From contig JACZJJ010000119.1 in the NCBI GenBank assembly GCA_014860625.1, positions 363-64,362 on the forward strand: a DNA stretch of 64,000 bases, in the 5' to 3' direction. Every line of letters starts with the position of its first letter. The first letter of the stretch is position 1. This document shows positions 45,318 to 55,251 of the stretch, piece by piece. The notes beneath the pieces were generated by a model, which saw nothing but the letters and a program-made list of their open reading frames with translations, was not told the origin of the DNA and made no database searches. The position numbers and the translations under genes are program-made. The DNA is from Bacteroidales bacterium (GTDB taxonomy: Bacteria > Bacteroidota > Bacteroidia > Bacteroidales > FEN-979).

Positions 45318-46484
45318 GTGAACCTCACCACGCACGTCGGAATTTTTGATCTTTTTATCTTTCTGGGAATATTCCAGGGATTTTTGTTATCGTGGTTTTT
45401 CATCAAAAACGGAACAAGCGGGAGAAAGGCAAATCTTTATCAGGGTTTTCTGTTGCTGTTTCTGTCGCTAGGCATCTTCGAGGAGCTGCTGAACAACACC
45501 GGTTACATTGTATTTGTCCTGCCAATCACAAACTTTGCAGAGCCGCTCAATTTTACCTACGCGCCACTCTTCTACCTCTATGTAAGAAGCACCCTTGACC
45601 CCCAGAAGAAAAGGGCAGCATGGCCACATCTAATCATCGCCGGGTTCTGGCTGCTATACATGGTATTCCATTTCATCCAGCCCGACGAATTGAAGTACAA
45701 CTCCTACGTTCAAACCAAACATCCCGATTGGGAGTACCTTTCGGTTAACTTCCCGTTATCAGACGATCCGTTGCTGATCAGGAGATTCACCAACGAGCTG
45801 ATGGCCGTTCAGTTTGTGATCTACATCGGAGCATCCATGGTGGTTCTTGGAAAGCGATTCAAGCTCCTGAATCAATCCTTTTTCAGGACCACAAACGAAT
45901 CCCTGGTAGTTCTCAGAAACACAACGGTTCATTTCACCATCCTTGTAATGATTTTCCTTGCCACGAAACTTTACTTTGGAATTGGCAGCGACATTGGCGG
46001 GTATTTGATCGCCGCCTACATCTCATTCATGATCTATACCACCAGTTTTCAAATCCTCAACCGAACCGATTTCTTCAACCAACCTCACTCCTTTCTTGAT
46101 TTCCCGATGCCGAAATACAAAAAATCCTCACTTACTGAAGAGCAGAAAGCAGAGATCCTGGCGAAGGTCGAAGCTGAGATGGCAGAAAAGCACTATTTCT
46201 CCAACAACCTTGCTTCGTTATCTGATCTTGCCAAACGCATCGGAAGCACATCCCACTACCTCTCCCAGGTAATCAATGAAAAAAGAGGCCAGAATTTTTT
46301 TGAAATGCTAGCTTCCTACCGTGTGGAAGAGGCAAAAAAAATCCTCCAGACCGATCGCGATAACAAACTCACCGTGGAAGAGGTAGCCGAACAGGTGGGG
46401 TACAACTCCAAATCGGCTTTCAACAATGCCTTCAAAAAACTGACCGGCCAAACCCCTTCCGAATTCCGCAACCGCTGGAAGTGA
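45318..46484 (+). CDS. AraC-family transcriptional regulator with N-terminal multi-TM domain
   Basis: About 6 TM segments followed by the HTH_18 region LSDLAKRIGSTSHYLSQVIN...VEEVAEQVGYNSKSAFNNAFKKLTGQTPSEFR. Confidence 0.8.
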   Translation: MNLTTHVGIFDLFIFLGIFQGFLLSWFFIKNGTSGRKANLYQGFLLLFLSLGIFEELLNNTGYIVFVLPITNFAEPLNFTYAPLFYLYVRSTLDPQKKRAAWPHLIIAGFWLLYMVFHFIQPDELKYNSYVQTKHPDWEYLSVNFPLSDDPLLIRRFTNELMAVQFVIYIGASMVVLGKRFKLLNQSFFRTTNESLVVLRNTTVHFTILVMIFLATKLYFGIGSDIGGYLIAAYISFMIYTTSFQILNRTDFFNQPHSFLDFPMPKYKKSSLTEEQKAEILAKVEAEMAEKHYFSNNLASLSDLAKRIGSTSHYLSQVINEKRGQNFFEMLASYRVEEAKKILQTDRDNKLTVEEVAEQVGYNSKSAFNNAFKKLTGQTPSEFRNRWK

Positions 46485-46506
46485 CCCAACCTCTCCTATT
46501 AACACT

Positions 46507-46583
46507 CTTCCTTCTTCCTTCTTCCTTCTTCCTTCTTCCTTCTTCCTTCTTCCTTCTTCCTTCTTCCTTCTTCCTTCTTCCTT
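46507..46583. repeat. perfect heptamer tandem repeat CTTCCTT x11
   Basis: Read directly: 77 nt with no mismatch, in the spacer between the AraC-family and acyltransferase genes. Confidence 0.98.
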
Positions 46584-46673
46584 CCCGACCGGCGCGAACG
46601 TCATCCTTACCGGCACATTCTTTCTGTGAAGTCAAACGGTGATAGTTTTGCCCGAACAACAAAAAACCGCACC

Positions 46674-47903
46674 ATGGCAAATCAAATTCAATTCAACGCA
46701 GGAACGAAACCAACCAGGCAATACGACATCGACTGGCTTCGGATAATCTTAATCTTTAGTGTCTTTCTGTTTCATATCGGAATGATATTCAATTCCTGGG
46801 ACTGGCACGTCAAGAATGACCAACAATACAAGGAGCTCCGTTACGTAATGGCATTCCTCCACTACTGGCGCATGCCTCTGCTGTTCTTTATCTCAGGCGT
46901 GGGCACCTATTATGCCCTAGGGATCCGCTCCTCTGCGCAGTACCTGAAAGAGCGCGCCAAACGACTGGTTATCCCATTGATGGCCGGTGTCTTCATCCTG
47001 GTTCCTGTACAGGTATACATAGAGAAAGCATCCCAGTTTGATTCCCTGATCGATTTCTACCCACACATGTTCGAAGGAATCTACCCTTCAGGAAACTTCA
47101 GCTGGCACCACCTCTGGTTCATCGCCTACCTCTTTGTAATGGCTCTATTCCTCTCACCTTTCCTGAGTTTTGTACGAAGTGTCCGCTTCCGCAATTTCAG
47201 GACATGGCTCGAAAAACGGGTCACCCGGAAGCTTGGGCTCAACCTGATACTTATTCCTCTCGTTCTCTCCCAGCTTATCCTTCGCCCCTTTTTCGAAACC
47301 GATACACATGCCCTTGTTGATGACTGGGCATCCTTTACCTTCAGTTTTATCTTCTTTGTTTCCGGGTTTGTGCTGTTGTCGAGCAGAATTATCGGGGAAG
47401 CCATAAAGGATCAACGGTGGTGGTATCTCGGAGAATCAGTCCTGGCAACTACCTTCATGTTCCTCGCACCAACTCTCTTCTCGGAAGGAGCCACAACTGA
47501 TATCGCCTGGGACTACGCAGCTATGGTGGTCAGCTGGTCGTGCAGCATCACCGCCATCGGCTTTGCCCGCAAACACCTCAACATAGACTCCAGCTTCCGG
47601 AAACTGGCCAATGAAGCGATCTATCCCTTCTACCTGCTTCACCAGCCCATCATTGTTGTGCTTGGATACTTTATGGTTCAATGGAACATTGCAGACGGAG
47701 TAAAGGTATTATTAATTACCCTGAGCAGCTTCACACTTACAGTTGCCATCTACTGGTTCCTGGTCCGTCCTTTCAACGTAACGCGCATCATCTTTGGCAT
47801 GAAGCCGAAAAGGAGTAAGGAACATGCATACGAGGAGAGGAAAGCAATCCTGATTCCGACATCCAGCATCCAGTATCCAGTATCTAGTGATCTAGTGATC
47901 TAG
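46674..47903 (+). CDS. acyltransferase family 3 membrane protein
   Basis: DIDWLRIILIFSVFLFHIGMIF, RMPLLFFISG, about 10 TM segments. ATG at 46674 preferred over GTG at 46626. Confidence 0.7.
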   Translation: MANQIQFNAGTKPTRQYDIDWLRIILIFSVFLFHIGMIFNSWDWHVKNDQQYKELRYVMAFLHYWRMPLLFFISGVGTYYALGIRSSAQYLKERAKRLVIPLMAGVFILVPVQVYIEKASQFDSLIDFYPHMFEGIYPSGNFSWHHLWFIAYLFVMALFLSPFLSFVRSVRFRNFRTWLEKRVTRKLGLNLILIPLVLSQLILRPFFETDTHALVDDWASFTFSFIFFVSGFVLLSSRIIGEAIKDQRWWYLGESVLATTFMFLAPTLFSEGATTDIAWDYAAMVVSWSCSITAIGFARKHLNIDSSFRKLANEAIYPFYLLHQPIIVVLGYFMVQWNIADGVKVLLITLSSFTLTVAIYWFLVRPFNVTRIIFGMKPKRSKEHAYEERKAILIPTSSIQYPVSSDLVI

Positions 47904-47952
47904 TGATCCAGGAATCTATTGATCTAGTGATCCCGTGATCCAGTGATCCAGT
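47861..47952. repeat. ATCCAGT/GATCTAGT/GATCCAGT 7-8-mer tandem array (~12 units)
   Basis: Read directly. It spans both convergent stop codons (47901-47903 TAG on +, 47924-26 TAG on -) and both C-terminal tails. Confidence 0.95.
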
Positions 47953-49480
47953 CAAAATACCCCTCAATATTCAGCCCTTCACCAGTGAACCGTCCCAGTC
48001 GCTCCTGCCAATGGTAAAACTCCCCGTTTTTGTAAAAGTACTCCCGCATCAGGGCTGCAGTTTCAGGATTGAAAATATAGTCGTTGCCCAGCCTCTTCCT
48101 GAGCTCATTGTGAATCTGCCACTGGATCACTTCAGCAAAGAGGTAGTTGTGGTTGTAGATCGGATACGAAACGTACATGGAGTTGGCAATCTCGTGTGGC
48201 CGTGAAGAGGGCTTGTCGACCAGCAGAATTCGTTTCAGGAGTTGTGTGCGAAGAGAGTCAACATCCAGGTTCGGATTGTTGAATATCTCCAACTCAAGCC
48301 AAACGTTATACAACCAGAATCGGATGTTGACCGGAGAGTATTTCTTATAAGCGGCGCTCTTGGCTGCAATTTCATCATCGGTCAGATCGGTGTATTTTTT
48401 CATCCATTCCGGTGTATGCAGGATGCCGGCCGACCATTCAGCCAACCCCTCAGCCATGATAGGACTGGTGCCACCTGCCACCCATTCATACCCCTTGAGC
48501 ACCGGAGAAGGGATCTCCGTATAAACACACGCCAATCCATGTCCCACTTCGTGAAAGATCGTAGACAACCCAACGCCGGGATTCACCACAAGTTTAAAAT
48601 TATCAGGGATCCGAACAGCAATTCCCTGCCCACCCATCGGTGGCGGCAATATCATCTCCCGATGCAGGATGGGCAACTCCTCATACTTCATCCCCAATCC
48701 GTTCAGTGTGGAAGAGAGAATCTCCTGACGCTTCTCTTTCGGGGGCTCCGGAGGACCACACTGGAAATAATTAAAGTAGATCCGGAATATATCCTGGATG
48801 CCAACCTCATCGATGTCATTCTCCTCTTTCATCTCTTCAACCATCTCCCGATAGGGCACAATGGTAAGGGTGTCGATCACATCCAGCCAGTATTGAAGCG
48901 CTTCGGGCTGAATTCCGTTGACCATCAGCACCAGCTCGATATAACCGGGGAAACCCAATGCCTCAGCCCACCCCTTCCGCTTTGAAAGTAGCTCGACAGC
49001 CATCTCTTCCAGCTTTTTAGATGTAGGTTTTCCCTTCACTGTATCCGACGCAACAAGCCATCTCTCCAACTCCGACTGGAGGTTTTTAATCTCCGGAACA
49101 TTGTTTACCATGGATGCCGCCAGGATGTTATGCCATTGGATCAACCTTCTGAACAATAAGGTATCTTTGATTTCCGCCTGTTTCGGCATCCAGTGGCGAA
49201 AAACAAATTCAATGCTGTCCTTCTCCACAAATGTCACTCCCTTCAGCTCTTCAAGTTTGCTATAATCACCTAAAACACCCGAGTAGTAATCGTAATAGGC
49301 ATCGCCAAGTGCTACCGAATAATCCTCAAAAAGAACATCCTGGCGATCCAGGAACCGGCCAACCTGATTGATATCTTCATACCATGCGGCTTCCTGAGAC
49401 TGAAGACCCGATAAAAATCCGACAAGAATTACTATAACCAAAAAAGATCTTTTCATAACATGTAAGAGATTAGGATTCAA
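47924..49480 (-). CDS. putative secreted HExxH zinc metallopeptidase
   Basis: N-terminal signal/anchor and the IFHEVGHGLA motif. The exact family is not recognised. Confidence 0.5.
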   Translation of the reverse strand: MNPNLLHVMKRSFLVIVILVGFLSGLQSQEAAWYEDINQVGRFLDRQDVLFEDYSVALGDAYYDYYSGVLGDYSKLEELKGVTFVEKDSIEFVFRHWMPKQAEIKDTLLFRRLIQWHNILAASMVNNVPEIKNLQSELERWLVASDTVKGKPTSKKLEEMAVELLSKRKGWAEALGFPGYIELVLMVNGIQPEALQYWLDVIDTLTIVPYREMVEEMKEENDIDEVGIQDIFRIYFNYFQCGPPEPPKEKRQEILSSTLNGLGMKYEELPILHREMILPPPMGGQGIAVRIPDNFKLVVNPGVGLSTIFHEVGHGLACVYTEIPSPVLKGYEWVAGGTSPIMAEGLAEWSAGILHTPEWMKKYTDLTDDEIAAKSAAYKKYSPVNIRFWLYNVWLELEIFNNPNLDVDSLRTQLLKRILLVDKPSSRPHEIANSMYVSYPIYNHNYLFAEVIQWQIHNELRKRLGNDYIFNPETAALMREYFYKNGEFYHWQERLGRFTGEGLNIEGYFDWITGSRDH

Positions 49481-49525
49481 CTCCTACAAATATGCGGATA
49501 AAATCGGGAAAGGGAAAATAAATTC

Positions 49526-50818
49526 TTACAGCTTCTGCCTGAACATATGCTTGTTATCTCCCTCCCCGGGGATGTCGTAGAGGTAGAATAGAAAATTGTT
49601 GTGCACCTTAACTTTTTGAGGGTACATGTGGGGTGTGCTTGCAATACGTCTGAGGTTGCCGTTGTTCAGGTCGATCCGGTAGAGGGTCATCCTCCCGTTC
49701 TTCAGAAAGGAGGTATAGGCCTTTTGTTCGATCTTGTCGATATAGATCTCTGTTGTCCACCGCCCGTCGCGGGTCTCCTGAACCTGCATCTTGAGTTTGG
49801 AGGTAAATTCACCGCCAAGGGTGTAAAGTTCGAGGGTATAATCGGCCGTGTTGAACACACACAGCATATCGTCGATTTTGTGAAGTGTGGAGGTGTTGGG
49901 TTTATAGAGGATCTTTTTTACCCAGACGTACTCCTGAAATGCTTCGCGGCCATCCGGGATGCCCGACATCATCATCAGGGAATTGTCGTCGGGATTGCGC
50001 CGGAGCATCTTCAACTTCTCTTCATCGTTGGCATTGGTCAGGTGTTGTCGCTCACTTGTCAGGCGGTTGATTGTATAAAACTCAACCCCCAGCTGGTTTC
50101 TGCTTACCTTCCGGAAAAAGAGCAGATCCCCGGCCGATGCAACACAATCGGAGAGGGTCCTTCTGAAACGTTCAATCTCGGAGGCATAAATCAGACGAAG
50201 GATCGTATAATCCTTGAATACCTGATAGGCGGAGTCGTGACTCAAAACATGAATATGGCCAAGACAGTCATGAAACAACTCATTCGGACGGAACTGAAGG
50301 GAACCCGAGCTGGAGGCAGTATCTCCCGATATCGAGAGGCAAAGCACCTCCGATTCAGCACGACGGAACCGGTAAATCAGCATGTATACCTGATTGCTGT
50401 CTACAGTGTAGTCGAGGACCGAATACTGGGTATCTTTAAAGAAGAGCTCCGGCTCATTCTCTGCCTTGATCTCCACCTCTTTCAGCATCTGGGCCTGCAG
50501 CTTCAGCATCACGGTGATAGAGGCAGAGGTGTTGTCAAGCCATATGCGTTGGGGTTCATAGCCCAGGTGACTCACTGTCATATAAACCGGAATGGTGTCA
50601 ATGAAAAACGAGAACTCTCCTTTGCTGTTTGTGGAACTTCCCAGACCGGACCCGGTAAAGGTGATATTGGCAGAGGCTATAGGATACTTCGTCTCCCGGT
50701 CGATCACTTTTCCATAGAAATACCTGTTCTGTTTTTGTGCAAACGTGGTAGCACAAAAAAGAGTGAGCATGAAAATGGCGGCAATCACTTTCGGCGCGAA
50801 AAAATCAATTTTACCCAT
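49526..50818 (-). CDS. secreted protein with N-terminal carboxypeptidase-regulatory-like (CarboxypepD_reg) domain
   Basis: Signal peptide from the ATG at 50818 (MGKIDFFAPKVIAAIFMLTLFCATTFAQ). YFYGKVIDRETKYPIASANITFTGSGLGSSTNSKGEFSF. Confidence 0.55.
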   Translation of the reverse strand: MGKIDFFAPKVIAAIFMLTLFCATTFAQKQNRYFYGKVIDRETKYPIASANITFTGSGLGSSTNSKGEFSFFIDTIPVYMTVSHLGYEPQRIWLDNTSASITVMLKLQAQMLKEVEIKAENEPELFFKDTQYSVLDYTVDSNQVYMLIYRFRRAESEVLCLSISGDTASSSGSLQFRPNELFHDCLGHIHVLSHDSAYQVFKDYTILRLIYASEIERFRRTLSDCVASAGDLLFFRKVSRNQLGVEFYTINRLTSERQHLTNANDEEKLKMLRRNPDDNSLMMMSGIPDGREAFQEYVWVKKILYKPNTSTLHKIDDMLCVFNTADYTLELYTLGGEFTSKLKMQVQETRDGRWTTEIYIDKIEQKAYTSFLKNGRMTLYRIDLNNGNLRRIASTPHMYPQKVKVHNNFLFYLYDIPGEGDNKHMFRQKL

Positions 50819-51795
50819 CGAACAATCAGAAAAATTGGAAACAAAAGGATGATTCCAAGAAAAAGCCATCTCAGGAATATCAGGCAATCAAATGGGAGTG
50901 GAATGAAGGAGGCCTCCTCAGGTGCCTCTTGCGTTTCTTTCATCGACTGAAGCCATTCCGACTCAACCGTGGCAAGCGGGAGCTGAAAAACACGTTTGAA
51001 ATTCTTTTTGGGCGACGAAGTCCAATGCATCATGGCTTCATATTCCTGCAGTTTTTCCTTCCCAAAACGACTCTCCAGATACCTGGTAAAGAGGCAAACC
51101 TGACCGTATCCTTTGGATGCCATTTTTCCATCTTCCATGTCTGCCATAGTCTGCCACGACCAGGGACGATTCAGCGATGTAACGGATACCATAGCGGGCC
51201 AGCTCCTGAGGTTCTCCCCTAACTTGTCGGCCGCCACCGAATACTCCTGCAGCATGGTAGCACACCCCTCCTCAAACCATTTCGGATAGAAAAACACCGA
51301 AGGAAGATACCCGAATTTGCGGGTGATGTAAAGTTGGTACATCTCATGGATCATCACGGAATAGGACGTCATTCCTTCCTCTATCCGCGATTCGTTCAAT
51401 ACCATCCGTCCCATCACGGCAGATCCCATCTCTTTGTTCCATGTAAGATGAACATATTGACGGGGTGAGTCACAGAGAAAGATGGTAACGCCTTTTTTAA
51501 ATCCGTCGCCCGACTTTTCACCCCAGAAATGCTCGATCGAATCCTGCGTGACAGAGGCCAGCCAGAGCACGTCAAGCGCCTTCTCTATCCGGTCTCCGTA
51601 GAAGTAAACGGTATTTTTATTATCGGATACACTGGTGTATGAAATCAACAACGAGGGGAACAGAAGTCGGCCGGGACCTGCAAAAAAGAAATAGATCAAC
51701 ACCCAGATGAAGAGGATAACAACAACCCGGAGAGTCCATGGATTGGGCCTCTTCCGGGTTGTTTGTTCCTTGATTTTATTTTCAGTATCTGTCAT
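50785..51795 (-). CDS. hypothetical membrane-anchored protein (degenerate MA-peptidase-like HEMYQ motif)
   Basis: N- and C-terminal TM segments. VMIHEMYQLY lacks the second His of HExxH. Confidence 0.45.
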   Translation of the reverse strand: MTDTENKIKEQTTRKRPNPWTLRVVVILFIWVLIYFFFAGPGRLLFPSLLISYTSVSDNKNTVYFYGDRIEKALDVLWLASVTQDSIEHFWGEKSGDGFKKGVTIFLCDSPRQYVHLTWNKEMGSAVMGRMVLNESRIEEGMTSYSVMIHEMYQLYITRKFGYLPSVFFYPKWFEEGCATMLQEYSVAADKLGENLRSWPAMVSVTSLNRPWSWQTMADMEDGKMASKGYGQVCLFTRYLESRFGKEKLQEYEAMMHWTSSPKKNFKRVFQLPLATVESEWLQSMKETQEAPEEASFIPLPFDCLIFLRWLFLGIILLFPIFLIVRWVKLIFSRRK

Positions 51796-51887
51796 AATCG
51801 GATCAAACAGGCGTAAAAATAAACTCTTTCTGCTACGGAAGCAAAAGATATCGATGATCTTTTACAATCCATCGATAAGCAGAAATG

Positions 51888-54887
51888 TTATTTCTCCAGC
51901 TTGACCAGATTTTCAAAGAGTTTTTTCTCTTTCTCAATCTTATCGGCATTGCCATAAACACAGTAGGCCTGCTGATCCACAATGTCCTGCATCATCTTGG
52001 CAAAGCCCCGGATGTCGGCAGCCGTTGTGGAAAGAATGGCATCGCGGTCTTGCTGGAGTTCCTCCTGCGAAATTTTGGAGAGGTAATGGTTGACAGCACG
52101 CTCTCCTTTTTGGGAAGGGGTCAGCGGATTATCCAACCCGGCGATCGTACCGATGATATAGCGGGTCATGGTATTGTCGTCGGCTACAAAGTTGGCTACG
52201 TAACCCGGAACTCCGGCATAATTATCCAGCGTCTCTTTCAGGTTGGGATCGCGGTATGAATTGAATGTAGTCATACCGTATGGAGTGATCATACACCAAC
52301 CTCCGTAGGCCCCACCCATCACGCGGATTTTAGTTTGCAGGTAATCCGTTGAGAGAACCTGGTTGAGAACGCGCATCTTACCGTCCCATGAATAGCCAAG
52401 ATCGTTGAAATCGGCACCCTCCACAACGTATTGTACCTTCGACGGGGTAAGCAACCCTTCATTCTTCTTCACAGGATCCAATTTCCACTCGGTCATGGAA
52501 ACCGATTCATCAGGTAATGTTGCAACAAAACCTTTCAGTCCCTCGGTGAAAATAGGCATCTGAGATTGGTCGCAAGTGGTGGTGACCAGCAGGTTTTGCC
52601 TGTTGAAGAGCATGGTTGCCACGTTGGCAAGTGTTTCACAAACAAGCTGTGGATTCTCGTCATACTTTTTGGCCAGGTCAGAAACAAACCAGTAGTAATC
52701 AAGTCCTCCTGTCAGCTCCCTGAACATACCGCGGTTGGTCACATACGAAGCCTGGCGGCGGGAAGCGTAGGTATATCCGTTGCGCTTCACATCGGCATCC
52801 AACTGCGCCTGGTGTTTGACGATCACCGTCTTCAACCGTTCCGTATCACAAAAGAGCGTCTTGTTCAGGATCTCTCCGGTCAGATCAAACATCTTCTCCA
52901 CTTTATCACCCATTGCTTTGGAGGCGACTTCAAATTTGGGGATCAGGTTGTTGTCATCCTGATTTTCAAGATATATCGGCAGTGAAACATTGAACATCCC
53001 GGTGTTGATATTGAGCGACTTGTTCAGGTCGCCATAGGTGTAATTTTCCGTGTTCAGCAGGCTCAGCACGTTGGACAGCAGGGAAGCATAAGGGATCATA
53101 TCCTGAGGAAGAACCCGGAGATCAAACATCAGGTTCATGTAAACCACATTGTTGGTGAACTGATCGCAATGCAACACCGGAACTCCGTCAACTTCAGTTT
53201 CGGCAACATCAAACCACTCGGCTTTGGGATTAATATCGGAGATGTCGAGTAACGGAATGGAAGCCAGCGCTTCGGGTGTATCCTCCCGTTCCTGATAGGC
53301 GAACAACTCATTCGTTTCAGCAATCAGCTGCTCTTTCTGCTCCTTGGTAAGCGTTTCTTTGTATGCTTCAAGCTCTTGTGTTACCTCGGCCATGTTCTCT
53401 TTTTCCATTCCCGGCTTCGGTTCGAGAGTCAACTCAAGCGAATGTGGGTTGTTGAGGAAATAGGAGGTGATCAGCTTCTCCAGGTAATTCTCCCGGATGC
53501 CTTTTTTCAGGGCAGCCAGCGGTTTCTCCCACTCAAGGGTCAGGAACGGGTCATTGGCGAAAAACCAGCCTGAAAGTGCCTGGAATCCGTAGGTCAGTCC
53601 TTTTTGTGCGTTGTCTCCTTCGCGCAGCTGGAACTCCATCCTGTTCAGCACTCCTTCAACCTCTTCCCTGTCAACGCCCTCTTCAGCCACCTTTTGAAGG
53701 GTGTTCTGTATCACATCCATAAACTTTTCTCTGTCAGCCGGATTGGCGTTCGTAACGATGATCTGAACGACATTCTGGTTGTAACTGTCGATCGAAGCCG
53801 ATACATCCTGTCCGATCCCGGCTTCCTGCAGTGCCAGTCGAATCGGTGCCGACTCCTGGTTGACCAGTACCTCGGTCAGAATATCGAGTCCCCAGGTAAG
53901 CTCCTGGTCGACGTTGTGTCCGGCCACAAAGCTATAGGTCAGGTAAGTCTGATCTTCGGTGTTGGCACCGTCGAGAACAGGATAATAGGCTGTTACCTCT
54001 TTCATGGAGGCGAACGGAGCCTGGTCTTCGATGGTCACCGGATCTGTACCCTTGTCGTACTTCGAGAGGTAAGCTGAGTCGATGAATGCCAGTTCCTTGT
54101 CCATATCGGCATCACCGTAGACCAGGATATAACTGTTTTCTGGGTGGTAGTATTTTTTGTGGTAGTTGAGGAAGGCTTCATAGGTCAGGGAAGGAATCGC
54201 AGGCGGGTATCCTCCCGACTCCAGCCCGTAAGCGTTATCCGGGAAAAGATTCTTATAGATCTCATAATTCAGGACGCGCGTAGGGCTTGAGAAGGATCCT
54301 TTCATTTCGTTGTAAACCACACCTTTAAATACAACAGGTTCACCCTCATCAGTCAGTTCGTAATGCCATCCCTCCTGTTTCAGGATGCGGGGATCGTCGT
54401 AAATCAGTGGATTGAAAACGGCATCCAGGTAGACATGCATCAGGTTGAAATAGTCTTTGTCGTTCATACTTGCCACCGGATACATCGTCATATCCTTGCC
54501 TGTAAACGCGTTGATAAACGTGTTCAGGGATCCTTTCGACAACACGTCGAACGGGCTCTTCACAGGGAAATTCTTCGAACCGTTCAGTACAGAGTGCTCC
54601 ATGATGTGTGGCGTTCCGGCGTCGGAATCGGGGAAGGTTTTGAAAGCGATCCCGAAGGTCTTGTTCGGGTCGTCGGAAGCGATCTTCAGCAGATGAGCTC
54701 CACTTTTTTCATGTTGGTAGAGGTAGCAGTCGGCATTCAGCTCCTTTACAAAGCGTTTTTCAACGAGTTTAAATCCGTGCATGTCGTGATTTTTACATCC
54801 AGAAAGGATAAGAGCCGACAAAATTACACAAACAAACAGAGAAACAGTCGACACTGACCATTTCAGAGATCGGGCAAAATTCTTCAT
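51888..54887 (-). CDS. M16C (PreP/insulinase-like) zinc metallopeptidase, lipoprotein signal
   Basis: HIMEHSVLNGS (HxxEH), ~1000 aa PreP-like length. ATG at 54887 gives MKNFARSLKW...LILSGC. Confidence 0.85.
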   Translation of the reverse strand: MKNFARSLKWSVSTVSLFVCVILSALILSGCKNHDMHGFKLVEKRFVKELNADCYLYQHEKSGAHLLKIASDDPNKTFGIAFKTFPDSDAGTPHIMEHSVLNGSKNFPVKSPFDVLSKGSLNTFINAFTGKDMTMYPVASMNDKDYFNLMHVYLDAVFNPLIYDDPRILKQEGWHYELTDEGEPVVFKGVVYNEMKGSFSSPTRVLNYEIYKNLFPDNAYGLESGGYPPAIPSLTYEAFLNYHKKYYHPENSYILVYGDADMDKELAFIDSAYLSKYDKGTDPVTIEDQAPFASMKEVTAYYPVLDGANTEDQTYLTYSFVAGHNVDQELTWGLDILTEVLVNQESAPIRLALQEAGIGQDVSASIDSYNQNVVQIIVTNANPADREKFMDVIQNTLQKVAEEGVDREEVEGVLNRMEFQLREGDNAQKGLTYGFQALSGWFFANDPFLTLEWEKPLAALKKGIRENYLEKLITSYFLNNPHSLELTLEPKPGMEKENMAEVTQELEAYKETLTKEQKEQLIAETNELFAYQEREDTPEALASIPLLDISDINPKAEWFDVAETEVDGVPVLHCDQFTNNVVYMNLMFDLRVLPQDMIPYASLLSNVLSLLNTENYTYGDLNKSLNINTGMFNVSLPIYLENQDDNNLIPKFEVASKAMGDKVEKMFDLTGEILNKTLFCDTERLKTVIVKHQAQLDADVKRNGYTYASRRQASYVTNRGMFRELTGGLDYYWFVSDLAKKYDENPQLVCETLANVATMLFNRQNLLVTTTCDQSQMPIFTEGLKGFVATLPDESVSMTEWKLDPVKKNEGLLTPSKVQYVVEGADFNDLGYSWDGKMRVLNQVLSTDYLQTKIRVMGGAYGGWCMITPYGMTTFNSYRDPNLKETLDNYAGVPGYVANFVADDNTMTRYIIGTIAGLDNPLTPSQKGERAVNHYLSKISQEELQQDRDAILSTTAADIRGFAKMMQDIVDQQAYCVYGNADKIEKEKKLFENLVKLEK

Positions 54888-55066
54888 GATGAGAAAGGGG
54901 TTTATTGATTTGGGGTTCAAATTACGAGGATTCCCCGAAACCGGAAAGGAAATTCGATAACAGCCCCCATTTTATCGATTTTCGTCGAAAGGAAGGGGTT
55001 GTATGATGTGAATAGCGTGAAAATATCCAGTTATCGGGTCATCCAGCATCATTGCATTGCGAGGAA

Positions 55067-55088
55067 CTGAAACTGCAAACTGCAACTG
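55067..55088. repeat. degenerate CTGCAAA-family repeat (CTGAAA CTGCAAA CTGCAA CTG)
   Basis: Read directly, within the 369-nt intergenic region. Confidence 0.7.
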
Positions 55089-55143
55089 TGAGCGAAGTGA
55101 AGCAGGTAACGAAGCAGACAGCAACGCGGCAACAGAATCAAAA

Positions 55144-55174
55144 GTGCCAATTGCCAACTGCCAACTGTTGACTG
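55144..55174. repeat. heptamer repeat GTGCCAA TTGCCAA CTGCCAA CTGTTGA CTG
   Basis: Read directly, within the same intergenic region. Confidence 0.9.
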
Positions 55175-55219
55175 GTATCCTGATCCTTTGAGATTCATTA
55201 CCACATTTTGAATCCATAA

Positions 55220-55251
55220 TTTGTAAATTAAATTTTATCGGTGTATCTTTG
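55220..55251 (+). promoter_or_regulatory. Bacteroidota sigma-A type promoter for rpmB (TTTG at 55220-55223, TATCTTTG at 55244-55251)
   Basis: The -33 TTTG and -7 TAnnTTTG are separated by 20 nt, 39 nt upstream of the ATG. Confidence 0.6.

Noticed and set aside
46308-46680. Two minus-strand ORFs translating as KEEGRRKKEEGRRKKEEGRR...
   Set aside because: They are simply the translation of the (CTTCCTT)x11 array and overlap the 3' end of the AraC-family gene. They are not credible genes.
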